A stretch of DNA of 64,000 nucleotides from assembly GCA_947632325.1 (NCBI GenBank), contig CANROU010000002.1, positions 43,840 to 107,839 of the forward strand, read 5' to 3'. Positions within the stretch are counted from its first letter, which is position 1, and the number at the start of each line of letters is the position of its first letter. Source of the DNA: an uncultured Bacilli bacterium. Its GTDB lineage: Bacteria > Bacillota_I > Bacilli_A > RF39 > UBA660. A model generated the notes under the pieces. It was not told the DNA's origin and made no database searches. It worked only from the letters and a program-made list of their open reading frames with translations. A program made the position numbers and the translations under genes. Of this stretch, positions 8,971 to 18,840 are shown piece after piece.

Positions 8971-10760
8971 CAAATAATAGATTAAAAGCACAATTAGCTC
9001 CTAAGGGTTTACAATTTAATGCTAGTGATTTCTTTATTAGTGATAAATACGCTACTATTTTATCAGTTGTATCATATCCTAAATATATTGCTCCAGGATA
9101 TTTATCATCACTTACTAATATGCCAGGTATTAAGGTAGTAATTAAGCATATTCCGGTTCCTTTTCAAACCATTTCTAAGATGTTAAATAAACAAATTGCT
9201 GATTTACGTGTTAGGTATCAAGAAGAAAGAGATCAAACAATGCAGGAGAGAATTAGACAAGATGCTGATTCATTGGAACAATTTACTTCTATGTTAGCAT
9301 CATCACAAGCCCGTATTTTTGATTTTCAAATGCACATTATGATAACGGCTGATAGTAAAGAAGAGTTGGAGCTTAAGAAAACTAATGTTAAGAATTATTT
9401 AGATGCTATGGAATTAAAAGCTATTTCTCTTCGTTTTGAACAGGAAAAGGTTTTGAAATCCATTCTACCAATTTTTCCTAAGCAAGAAATCGAAGATAGG
9501 ATAGGAACCCCAATTCCATCTATAACTGTTGCGGCTATGTATCCGTTTATATTTGATAGTATCAAAGATCCAGGATTATCTACTTTATTAGGTGTTGATT
9601 TTTCTGGTGGTGTTATTTTATTTAATCAATTCTTATATAAAATAAAAAAAGAAAATAATCGTAATAATGCTAATTTAATTATTTTAGGTACTTCTGGATC
9701 AGGTAAATCAACAGCTGCTAAGTTGATGTTAAGAAGTCATATTCGTAATGGTTGTCAAATTGTAGCCATCGATCCTGAAAATGAACTAGAAGATATGACA
9801 CGCCTTTATGGTGGAGATGTTATCGATCTTGGTAAAGGTGGCGAATTTGGGATGATTAATCCCTTAGAAGTGGTAATTGATGCTGATGAAGAAGAATTGA
9901 AACAGGGTCTTGGTTATACTGTTTTAACTAGAACGTTACAATTTTTAAAGGCCTTTATGAAGTATTATGATCCATCTATTGAAGAAGATGTCCTAACTTT
10001 ATTTAGTGAGGTTGTACAAGACACTTATAAACGTTTTCAAATTGATTTTAATACAGATTTTACCAAATTAACTTCTAAAGATTATCCAACTTTTTCGGAT
10101 GTTTATGCTACTATCAATGGTTGGTTAACTTCTATGACGGAACAAACACATGAAAGAGATATTATGGAACGTTTAGAATTAAAAATTCGACCTCTTACTA
10201 AAGAATTGCGTTTCTTCTTTGATAGTCATACAACGATTACTCCTCAAAGTGATTTTATCGTTTTTAATATCAGGGAACTTATGAATGCAGAGGTTAATAT
10301 CCGTAATGCTTTGTTTTTCAATATTTTGAAATATGCTTGGGGTTTATGTTTGGATACAGATGTGGATACAGTTTTAATGGTTGATGAAGCTCATGTTTTA
10401 TTGGGACAAAATAATGTCTTGGGGGCAGATTTTTTAGCGCAAGTACAGCGTCGTGCTCGTAAATATAACACAGGAACGATTATTATTACACAACAACCAA
10501 GTGATTTCTGTGATCCATCGGTTATTACTCAAGGAAAAGCTATTTTTGATAATGCTTCTTATTACTTAGTAATGGGTTTAAGAAAACAAGCTGTAGAGGA
10601 TTTATCTTTACTTATAGATTTAAATGATAATGAAAAGGATAGCATTAAACGTTATTCACAAGGTGAGGCTCTATTTGTTTGTGGTAATCGTCGAATGCGT
10701 ATTAATGTTATTGTAACCCCAGAAGAGTTAGATTCGTTTGGTAGTGGGGGAGGATTTTAA
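8967..10760 (+). CDS. VirB4-type T4SS ATPase (C-terminal catalytic part)
   Basis: Walker A LGTSGSGKST, Walker B-like VLMVDEAHVLL, and arginine-rich AQVQRRARKYNTG motif. Size and order are typical of TcpF/ConE/PrgJ. Confidence 0.8.
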   Translation: MTNNRLKAQLAPKGLQFNASDFFISDKYATILSVVSYPKYIAPGYLSSLTNMPGIKVVIKHIPVPFQTISKMLNKQIADLRVRYQEERDQTMQERIRQDADSLEQFTSMLASSQARIFDFQMHIMITADSKEELELKKTNVKNYLDAMELKAISLRFEQEKVLKSILPIFPKQEIEDRIGTPIPSITVAAMYPFIFDSIKDPGLSTLLGVDFSGGVILFNQFLYKIKKENNRNNANLIILGTSGSGKSTAAKLMLRSHIRNGCQIVAIDPENELEDMTRLYGGDVIDLGKGGEFGMINPLEVVIDADEEELKQGLGYTVLTRTLQFLKAFMKYYDPSIEEDVLTLFSEVVQDTYKRFQIDFNTDFTKLTSKDYPTFSDVYATINGWLTSMTEQTHERDIMERLELKIRPLTKELRFFFDSHTTITPQSDFIVFNIRELMNAEVNIRNALFFNILKYAWGLCLDTDVDTVLMVDEAHVLLGQNNVLGADFLAQVQRRARKYNTGTIIITQQPSDFCDPSVITQGKAIFDNASYYLVMGLRKQAVEDLSLLIDLNDNEKDSIKRYSQGEALFVCGNRRMRINVIVTPEELDSFGSGGGF

Positions 10761-10842
10761 TTATGAGGACTAACTAGCTAACACAAGTTAGCTAGTTTCA
10801 TAGTTAAAATATTTAATGCAAGTCAGTAGGTGGTGATGATTA

Positions 10843-13119
10843 ATGGCATATAAGGCTAATAGAGGCAATAACCAAAATAATTTGCAACAATCTAATCAAG
10901 ATGATACTTCTAATAGCGAAGCTGCTAAAACAGCTAAACAGCAAGAAAATCGTGATAATACTAAAAACGTTGCTAAAAATGTAGGTTCTATGGCTTTACA
11001 AGGTATGGGAGTACCTGCTCCTATAGCAAAAATGGCTACTAATAAAATAGCTAAGAATCCTATAGTGAATAAGGCCTTAAATAAAGCTAGTGACAAAATA
11101 AATAAAAATCCACTTGCTAATAAGGCTATTAATCAAATGGCTAACAGCAAATTAGATGCTGCGGGAAAATCTTCTAACAACCCAGGTTCATCTAGTAAAG
11201 ACTCACAAAATGGTACGAAAAATGCTGAAGGTCGTAATGGACAAAGTACATCTAATAATTCTAGGTCTAATAGTAATCAGCGAAATTCATCACCAAATAG
11301 ATCTAATGATAAAAAAGATGGAGAAGGTAGTTCTAAGGTATCAGGATCGGTTGAGGGTAGTAGTCTTATACCTAAAGCTCTTAAAATAAAATTGATATTA
11401 ATTGGTGCGGCAGCCGCTGCTGGATTATTCCTAATTATTGTTGTTTTTGCTGTTATTTCTAGTTTCAATCCCTTTTTTGGTGTTGATAAATCATCTGGTA
11501 AATCAACTGATTTAGGGGAATTTGATATTGATCCTGATTCTGATGAAGGTAAGTTTTATAATAAAGTTAATGAAGTAGCTGCCGAATACAATACAAACGG
11601 GACACCATTTGATCCTAGACTTATTGCTTCTGTTTTTACGACAATTAATAATTATGATGATAATTATAGTTATGAGGAAGCTACCAATGATATTGAGACA
11701 TTAGCTAATTTTATGGTGGAAAACACTATAACTTGTCAATATGGGGAAGAAACGCAGCATGTTGTTGATAAACCTTGTCCAGAGGGCTATAATGAGGTAA
11801 GTAGAACAAGAGATATTAATGAAAAAAAATTTAAGGATAAATTAAAAACTGAATTTTTAAAAAATAAAGTTAAAACATTACCAGAGGATCAAATGGAATC
11901 ATTAGTTACGGATATATATCAATTAATTGAAGATTATAAGGAATTAATTGGGGAGAATCAAACAGTTTTAGCTGCTGGTGGTATGTGTACTTATAATGTT
12001 GATAACAAAACTATTTCTAATATCAAAGTTCGTCTTCTACAATGTGATGATGATAATCGGGGAGAACCAATTGAAGGTGAAGAATTGATTGATTTTGAAA
12101 AATATATCATGGGCGTTACTTATGCTGAAAATGGAAATGGACCACTAGAGGCTATGAAAACGGAAGCTATCGCGGCACGTAGTTTCGCTCTTACTAGAGC
12201 TAAAGATATGGGGGGAAATTTTAATATTAAATTACAAGAAGAAAATGGTGAAATGGTTTTATCTATTCGTAGTTGTACAGAAGATCAAGTATATTGTGAT
12301 CCAGATAAAGGTTGTTGGTCCAATGATAAAAATGCTAATGGTACTGTTCACTCGGGACAACAAGCAGGTAAACCTTATTCTAAGCCTCCTATACCAATGG
12401 ATTCACCTATTCGTAAGGCCATAGAAGAAACGAAAGGAACGGTTTTAGTAGATGATAGTGGGAACATTGTTATGACAAGTTATACTGATACTAATCATCA
12501 AAACTGGAACAGTTTAGCACAAGCAGGAAATGATTGTTTCCAAATATTAAAAAAGGATTATCCAAATGCCAGTAGATTACAGGCTTCTTGTTCTTTAGGA
12601 GCTGCCACTGGTGAATTTTCAAGTTGGAAACAATATGGTGCGCCATGGAGTTCTACTAAATTAGGCCCTGGGGGAGATACTATTGCGGAGTCGGGCTGTT
12701 TGGCAACTTCTATTGCTATTCAAATTGCCAGATCAGGTACTAGATTATTCATAGATCCTTTTAATCCAGGTGTTTTAGTAACGACAATGGCTGCTCATGG
12801 TGGCTTTGTTGGCAGCAGTATGCAATGGAATAATGCTTGGCAATTTGCTGCACCTGATTGGACTTTGGCTTGTGATTCTCGTAGTAGTAATAGTTGTTCT
12901 CTAAGTGGTACTAAGGCCAATAAAACTAATCAAATTGCTAGTTACTTAAATCAAGGCTATTATCCAGTGGTAGCTGTTAAAAATGAAGGGCATTGGGTAG
13001 CAATCGATCACGTTGAAGGTGATAATGTTTACATGTTTGATCCAGGTAGTAGTTCTACTTTATTATGGGATCAATATAGCTACACTGGTTCTAATAGAAT
13101 TTTGCTATTTAGAGGGTGA
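10843..13119 (+). CDS. T4SS-associated cell-wall hydrolase: Asn/Lys-rich repeat N-terminus, TM anchor, SpoIID/LytB-like domain, CHAP/NlpC-P60-like Cys-His peptidase domain
   Basis: Repeats AKNPIVNKALNKASDKINKNPLANKAINQ. TM at IKLILIGAAAAAGLFLIIVVF. LEAMKTEAIAARSFALTRA resembles the SpoIID signature (EALKAQAVAARTYAL). C-terminus has ESGCLATSIAIQIAR ... EGHWVAIDHVEG, a Cys/His dyad. Confidence 0.55.
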   Translation: MAYKANRGNNQNNLQQSNQDDTSNSEAAKTAKQQENRDNTKNVAKNVGSMALQGMGVPAPIAKMATNKIAKNPIVNKALNKASDKINKNPLANKAINQMANSKLDAAGKSSNNPGSSSKDSQNGTKNAEGRNGQSTSNNSRSNSNQRNSSPNRSNDKKDGEGSSKVSGSVEGSSLIPKALKIKLILIGAAAAAGLFLIIVVFAVISSFNPFFGVDKSSGKSTDLGEFDIDPDSDEGKFYNKVNEVAAEYNTNGTPFDPRLIASVFTTINNYDDNYSYEEATNDIETLANFMVENTITCQYGEETQHVVDKPCPEGYNEVSRTRDINEKKFKDKLKTEFLKNKVKTLPEDQMESLVTDIYQLIEDYKELIGENQTVLAAGGMCTYNVDNKTISNIKVRLLQCDDDNRGEPIEGEELIDFEKYIMGVTYAENGNGPLEAMKTEAIAARSFALTRAKDMGGNFNIKLQEENGEMVLSIRSCTEDQVYCDPDKGCWSNDKNANGTVHSGQQAGKPYSKPPIPMDSPIRKAIEETKGTVLVDDSGNIVMTSYTDTNHQNWNSLAQAGNDCFQILKKDYPNASRLQASCSLGAATGEFSSWKQYGAPWSSTKLGPGGDTIAESGCLATSIAIQIARSGTRLFIDPFNPGVLVTTMAAHGGFVGSSMQWNNAWQFAAPDWTLACDSRSSNSCSLSGTKANKTNQIASYLNQGYYPVVAVKNEGHWVAIDHVEGDNVYMFDPGSSSTLLWDQYSYTGSNRILLFRG

Positions 13120-13928
13120 AAAAAATGAAGAAATCTTATAAAATATTAATTGCTATTATTTTGATTTATGCTGTTATTATGATTATATTTGTAGGGATTC
13201 CTGCTATTAGAAAAAATAATAATGAAAAAAAAGGCACTTATCTTTTAGTAGGTAATGTTTCAAGATGGGAATATGTTAATAATACTTGGCAAAGTATTAC
13301 AGACATTAATAGTGTTCTTAGTAATAATTTATTTAAATGTTATGATGATGGTAATTATTTAGGTGAATTTGAGGTGCAGTATTATAATGATATATGGTAT
13401 TTGTTTGATAAAAACAATGATTCAAGAAAATTATCTAGTAGTTTTCTAGCCACCTCTAGTGCTAAAGAAATAGAGGTTATAGATCTTAATAATATCATGA
13501 CGAACCTTGATCAAGTAGATTTATCTTATGTCAATAAAGTATTAGAAGATAATTCTCTTCCTAGTGCTACTTTAACTACCTTAGGACTTCAAAATAAAAT
13601 AACTTTTGATTTTGATGGTGACAAACAAGAGGAGATGTTGTATACTATTTCTAATTGGTACGACGGACAGTCGCAAGATAAGATTTATTCTTTTGTCTTT
13701 TATGTTGATAATAATAATATTCAAATATTAAGAGAAGATATTGTTGATAAGATTGATATGTATGATAATCATCAATATCCTATTGTTGCTATTTTAGATA
13801 CTAATAATGATCATAAATATGAATTTATTATTAGCGAAGATAAATTAATGCAAGGTATGGAACAATGTCATATCATGTATCAATTAAAAAAAGGCCAATT
13901 TAATATAATTAAATCATGCGATGAGTAG
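13116..13928 (+). CDS. Membrane-anchored extracytoplasmic protein, possible VirB8/TcpC-like T4SS component
   Basis: Single N-terminal TM then ~235 aa ectodomain. Overlaps the upstream gene by 4 nt. Assignment is positional only. Confidence 0.25.
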   Translation: MKKMKKSYKILIAIILIYAVIMIIFVGIPAIRKNNNEKKGTYLLVGNVSRWEYVNNTWQSITDINSVLSNNLFKCYDDGNYLGEFEVQYYNDIWYLFDKNNDSRKLSSSFLATSSAKEIEVIDLNNIMTNLDQVDLSYVNKVLEDNSLPSATLTTLGLQNKITFDFDGDKQEEMLYTISNWYDGQSQDKIYSFVFYVDNNNIQILREDIVDKIDMYDNHQYPIVAILDTNNDHKYEFIISEDKLMQGMEQCHIMYQLKKGQFNIIKSCDE

Positions 13929-13941
13929 GGGAGGAATTTAA

Positions 13942-16149
13942 ATGAAATTGAAATTTCGGGCAGATCCACAAGATATATTAATCTTTGTTCTCTTTGCTAT
14001 ATTTCTTTTATATGTAGTAGCTATTGGGGTGGTTAATCTATCTACTTTAGCTGTTGAGGGACATTTTTATGGTTTAAATCCTTTAGTAGCATTTACACCT
14101 ACTTATATAAAAGCTACCATTGTATTTTATATTTTATTTCTCGCTGGTATTTTTGTTAGTGTTAGTTCTTATTTCTTTGAACGAGAAAAAGGGGTAGGAA
14201 TAACTACTGATAAAAAAGATAAAGGGTATAGTCGGTGGGCTAAAGATAAAGAAATTAAGGAAAGTAAAGATGTTGAGAAGGTTCTTATTTCAGATGAGAA
14301 TTCAACAGTCGCTGGTACTCCTTTGATTTATAAAGGGAATGAAATCTGGGTTGATAATGGTGAAAATCATACTTTAGTTATCGGTGCCACTGGTTCTGGT
14401 AAGACGCAATCAATTGTTTTACCGACAGTTAAAATCTTAGCTAAACATAAAGAATCGATGATTATTACTGATCCTAAAGGGGAAATTTATGAGCAAACAT
14501 CACAGATGTTAAGAGAAAGGGGATATCAGATTTTACTTTTGAATTTCCGTGATCCACAAGAAGGTAATGCTTGGAATCCCTTATCTTTGCCTTATGAAAT
14601 GTATAAAAATGGTCATCAGGACAAGGCTATTGAGTTATTAGATGACTTGGCTCTTAATATTTTGTATGAGGAAAACAGCGGTAATGCCGATCCCTTTTGG
14701 GAGAAAACATCAGCCGATTATTTCTCGGGTATAGCACTTGGTTTATTTGAGGATGCTAAACCAGAGGAAATTAATATTAATAGTATTAGTTTGATGACTA
14801 CAGTTGGTGAAGAAAAATTTGGAGGATCTACATATGTTAAAGAATATTTTAATAGTAAAGATCCAGCTAGTGCTGCAGCTATTAATGCTTCTAGTACTAT
14901 TATGGCTCCAAATGAAACCAAGGGTAGTATTTTGGCGGTCTTTAAACAAAAGATAAAATTATTTGCATCCCGTGAAAATTTATCCGAGATGTTATCGCAT
15001 ACAGATATAGATTTAGAGACAATTGGTGAAAAGCCAACAGCTTTATTTGTGGTTATTCAAGATGAAAAGACAACATATCATTCTTTAGTAACTATTTTAT
15101 TGAAGCAAGTTTATGAAACATTGATTGCTAATGCTCAAAAACATGGAGGAAAACTTCCTGTTCGTACGAATTTCTTATTGGATGAATTTGCCAACATGCC
15201 ACCATTAAAGAATGTTACAACGATGATTACTGCTGCTCGAAGCCGACAAATTCGTTTTACGATGATTATTCAAAATTTTGCTCAGTTAGATCAGGTTTAT
15301 GGTAAAGAAAATGCTGAAACCTTAAGAGGTAACTGTGGAAATTTAATTTATTTAATTACCACCGAATTAAAAGCTCTAGAAGAGATTAGTAAGATGTGCG
15401 GTGAAGTAAAATCGAAAAAAGATGATAAAACAGCTTCAACACCACTTGTTACGGTTAGTGATTTACAACGTATGAAAGAAAATGAAGTTATTATACTAAG
15501 ATTACGACAACAACCTTTTAAAACAAAATTTACTCCTGATTATAAGATAGACTGGGGTAAGAAATATCCTAAAGCTGAATTTCCTCATCGAGAGAAAATG
15601 CCTGTGGCAACTTTTGATATTCGTGAGTTTGTTAAAGAGATGAAACGTCAAAAATTGTTTAGTATGATGGAAGAAAACAACGGTCAAAATGGTGGTGGTG
15701 TGATGAATGCCACTGGTGGAATGCCACCTTTCAGTCCACCAAGTATGTTTAATATTAATCAAGAGCCAATGCCACCACTTAATCAAACTACAAATAATAC
15801 TAAAACATCTTCTGCTCCTGCAGATAAATTTGATGTGGATGATTTAGTAAGAAAAATCGACCAAAAGATAGCGGAATTAGAAGCCGAAGAAAAGAGAAAT
15901 AAACAACAAGCTGAGGCTTTTAATACTAAGATGCAACCTAGTGAGATTAATGCCGTAGAAGTTAAACCTAAAACAGAGGTAATATCTAACGAAAATCAGG
16001 TATTAAATGATAGAAAAACAGCTATAGAAGATACTACTTCCGTGGTTAAAGAAGAACCTAAGGCTATTATTCACACTGAAAACTTGCTATCTAATGATCC
16101 TGAAGAAGAAGATGATGATAATTTTTTTGATGACTTCTTTGATGATTAA
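13942..16149 (+). CDS. Type IV coupling protein (VirD4/TraG/TraD family) with acidic C-terminal tail
   Basis: Two N-terminal TMs. Walker A VIGATGSGKTQS, Walker B LFVVIQDE, and signature NFLLDEFANMPPL. C-terminal 250 aa has a Pro/Met/Asn-rich linker and ends EEEDDDNFFDDFFDD. Confidence 0.8.
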   Translation: MKLKFRADPQDILIFVLFAIFLLYVVAIGVVNLSTLAVEGHFYGLNPLVAFTPTYIKATIVFYILFLAGIFVSVSSYFFEREKGVGITTDKKDKGYSRWAKDKEIKESKDVEKVLISDENSTVAGTPLIYKGNEIWVDNGENHTLVIGATGSGKTQSIVLPTVKILAKHKESMIITDPKGEIYEQTSQMLRERGYQILLLNFRDPQEGNAWNPLSLPYEMYKNGHQDKAIELLDDLALNILYEENSGNADPFWEKTSADYFSGIALGLFEDAKPEEININSISLMTTVGEEKFGGSTYVKEYFNSKDPASAAAINASSTIMAPNETKGSILAVFKQKIKLFASRENLSEMLSHTDIDLETIGEKPTALFVVIQDEKTTYHSLVTILLKQVYETLIANAQKHGGKLPVRTNFLLDEFANMPPLKNVTTMITAARSRQIRFTMIIQNFAQLDQVYGKENAETLRGNCGNLIYLITTELKALEEISKMCGEVKSKKDDKTASTPLVTVSDLQRMKENEVIILRLRQQPFKTKFTPDYKIDWGKKYPKAEFPHREKMPVATFDIREFVKEMKRQKLFSMMEENNGQNGGGVMNATGGMPPFSPPSMFNINQEPMPPLNQTTNNTKTSSAPADKFDVDDLVRKIDQKIAELEAEEKRNKQQAEAFNTKMQPSEINAVEVKPKTEVISNENQVLNDRKTAIEDTTSVVKEEPKAIIHTENLLSNDPEEEDDDNFFDDFFDD

Positions 16150-16197
16150 TGAAAAACAATAGAGCAATCTTTGTTTTTTTTCATATAATAATAAGAG

Positions 16198-16500
16198 GTG
16201 GATCAAATGAGGGAAATTACAGTGGCTGATTTAAAACGCTTAATGGCTCAAAAGCCCCTTATGATAATTGATATCCGTGATTATTATCAATTTCAACTAG
16301 GGAATATTCCTACAGCTAGATGTATACCTATGAATTTTTTATTAACTAACGACAGTAATTATTTAAATAAAGGAACTACATATTATATTTATTGTGAATT
16401 TGGAAATAGAAGTAAACAAGCCTGTCAAGAGTTGTCACAAAAAGGATATGATGTTGTCAATATAGTTGGTGGTTATCAAGAATACAAAGCTAATTTGTAA
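16198..16500 (+). CDS. Single-domain rhodanese-like sulfurtransferase
   Basis: Active-site loop YCEFGNRS (Cys-X4-Arg), ~100 aa. Confidence 0.65.
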   Translation: MDQMREITVADLKRLMAQKPLMIIDIRDYYQFQLGNIPTARCIPMNFLLTNDSNYLNKGTTYYIYCEFGNRSKQACQELSQKGYDVVNIVGGYQEYKANL

Positions 16501-16589
16501 AGTATTATCAAATGATAATACTTTTTATTTGACACTATCTTTAAAAAAATTGTAACTAATGAATAAATATGATATGATAATAATGATAG

Positions 16590-17693
16590 GTGGAGATTAT
16601 AATGAATCAAGATTTAAAGAAAAGATTATTACTTATTGGTGCTATATTAGGAGGAATAATTGTTGTAATTACTATTATTGCGCTTATAGTTCATTTATTT
16701 ATTGGTGGCAGAATGTCTTATGATAAAGTTTTAGCTACAATGAAGGAAGCTGCTGTAAAATATTATGATGTACATTCTCAATTGCTTCCTAAAGAAGGTG
16801 AAGATAGTGTAGATGCATCTACTCTAGCTGAAACGGAATTTATGAAACCCTTAGCTAAAATAGTACCTAAGGGAAATAGCTGCACTGGTAAAGTGGTTGT
16901 TCGTTTAATTGATGATCATAAATATTCTTATACACCATATTTAGATTGTGGCAAAGATTATCAAACTATTGAATTATATAAAAAGATAACTGATAACAAA
17001 AATATTGTTACCTCATCTAATGGTTTATACCAAATTGGTGATGAGTATGTTTATCGTGGTGAAAATATTAATAATTATGTTCAATTACAAGATAGTATTT
17101 GGCGTATTACTAAAGTGACATCTAATCATGATATTCAATTGATTTTAGCTCAAAAAACTTCAAGTGATACATGGGATGATCGTTTTAATACTACTAAAAA
17201 CTATAATGCAGGTATTAATGATTACTCTGTAAGTAGAGTACGTGATTATCTTAAAAATCTCTATGAATCTAATACATTATTTGATGATAGTATCAAAGAT
17301 AAGTTAACACCATTTAATGCTTGCGTTGGTCATAGAGGTAGTGATGAGGCAGTAAATGATGGATCAATAGAATGTTCTACTACTATGGCTGGTGAAAAAT
17401 ATAGTCTATTACCATTAAATGAATATATTATGGCTAGTTTAGATTCTACATGTTCAAAACCAACGGATGCTCAATGCCAAAATTATAATTATTTAGCTTT
17501 TACGAGAAAATGGTGGACTATCACTGGTGATAAAAATAGTACTCATCAAGTATATGGTATAGACTCTGATGGTCAAATTAAGTTAAGTTCGGCTATGAGT
17601 ATGTTTGATATTCGGCCTATTGTTCGTTTAGCTAATAATGTTATGTACCAAAGTGGTGATGGTACTCTTGAAAATCCTTATCTTATAAAATAA
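16590..17693 (+). CDS. Membrane-anchored Cys-rich extracytoplasmic protein, unknown function
   Basis: N-terminal TM (LLLIGAILGGIIVVITIIALIVHLFIG), then 330 aa with 8 Cys. Good coding periodicity. Confidence 0.4.
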   Translation: MEIIMNQDLKKRLLLIGAILGGIIVVITIIALIVHLFIGGRMSYDKVLATMKEAAVKYYDVHSQLLPKEGEDSVDASTLAETEFMKPLAKIVPKGNSCTGKVVVRLIDDHKYSYTPYLDCGKDYQTIELYKKITDNKNIVTSSNGLYQIGDEYVYRGENINNYVQLQDSIWRITKVTSNHDIQLILAQKTSSDTWDDRFNTTKNYNAGINDYSVSRVRDYLKNLYESNTLFDDSIKDKLTPFNACVGHRGSDEAVNDGSIECSTTMAGEKYSLLPLNEYIMASLDSTCSKPTDAQCQNYNYLAFTRKWWTITGDKNSTHQVYGIDSDGQIKLSSAMSMFDIRPIVRLANNVMYQSGDGTLENPYLIK

Positions 17694-17719
17694 TTATATT
17701 TAATACTTGAGGTGAAAAC

Positions 17720-18799
17720 ATGAAAGTTCTTCTTTATACGGAAAATGAAAAATTATTTTCGAAATCAGGTTTAGGTAAAGCTATTCAACATCAAATGAAA
17801 AGTTTAGAATCCGTTGGGATTGATTATACTCTTGATATGGATGATGATTATGATATTGTTCATATTAATACTTATGGTCTTAAATCTATTGCTTTAGCTA
17901 AAATAGCCAAAGCTAATGGTAAGAAAGTAGTATATCATGCTCATTCGACAGAAGAAGATTTTAGAAACTCTTTTGTTTTCTCTAATCAAATTGCTCCTGT
18001 ATTTAAAAAATGGTTGATTTCTTGTTATAGTTTAGGAGATTATATTATAACGCCAACTCCTTACTCTAAAAAATTATTAGAGGGCTATGGTATCAAACAA
18101 CCTATTCAAGCTATATCTAATGGTATCGAATTATCTTTTTTTACCAAAAATTATGCTGATAGGCAAAAATTTAGACGTTTTTATAAATATAAAAGTACAG
18201 ATAAAGTAATAATAGGTATTGGATTATATTTAGAGCGCAAAGGTATTTTAGATTTTGTGGAATTGGCTAAACGTTTGCCACAATATAAATTTATTTGGTT
18301 TGGATATACTCCTAGTTATGCAATACCAGAGAAGGTAAGGAAGGCTGTTAAAACAAAATTACCAAATTTAAAATTTGCAGGATATGTAGAACCGGAAATG
18401 ATTCGTAGTGCTTTTTCTGGAGCTGATTTATATATTTTTCCAACTTTAGAAGAAACGGAAGGTATTCCTATTATTGAGTGTTGTGCGATGAAAACAAATG
18501 CTATTGTGCGTGATATTCCTGTTTTTGATGATTGGTTAATTGATGGCGTCAATATTTATAAAGCTAAAGATGTTGATGAATTTGAAGAAAAAATCAAAGG
18601 TATTTTAGAAAATAAATTACCATCTTTAGTAGAGGAAGGATATAAGGTAGCACTAGAGCGTGATATTAGGAAAGTAGGTTTAAAGTTAAAAGCAATCTAT
18701 GAGGAAGTATTAAAAATGCCTCCTAAGAAACATAATAAAAAGAAAAAGACTAATACTAAAGAGAATAAAAAAGTTGATATTATAAAAGCCGATTCATAA
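17720..18799 (+). CDS. GT4-family (GT-B fold) glycosyltransferase with Lys-rich C-terminal tail; possibly a membrane glycolipid synthase
   Basis: E-x7-E motif region TLEETEGIPIIECCAM. Gly-rich N-terminal SGLGKA. Basic tail KKHNKKKKTNTKENKK typical of membrane-surface-binding lipid glycosyltransferases. Confidence 0.6.
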   Translation: MKVLLYTENEKLFSKSGLGKAIQHQMKSLESVGIDYTLDMDDDYDIVHINTYGLKSIALAKIAKANGKKVVYHAHSTEEDFRNSFVFSNQIAPVFKKWLISCYSLGDYIITPTPYSKKLLEGYGIKQPIQAISNGIELSFFTKNYADRQKFRRFYKYKSTDKVIIGIGLYLERKGILDFVELAKRLPQYKFIWFGYTPSYAIPEKVRKAVKTKLPNLKFAGYVEPEMIRSAFSGADLYIFPTLEETEGIPIIECCAMKTNAIVRDIPVFDDWLIDGVNIYKAKDVDEFEEKIKGILENKLPSLVEEGYKVALERDIRKVGLKLKAIYEEVLKMPPKKHNKKKKTNTKENKKVDIIKADS

Positions 18800-18840
18800 T
18801 CTATGAATGGGCTTTTAATAGATTTGTAGGTGATAAGTAG

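Noticed and set aside
10896-11468. Small ORFs on both strands within the hydrolase N-terminal repeat region
   Set aside because: By-products of the repetitive AAT/AAA-rich repeat-coding DNA
14718-15786. Antisense ORFs within the coupling-protein gene
   Set aside because: Embedded antisense; no signals
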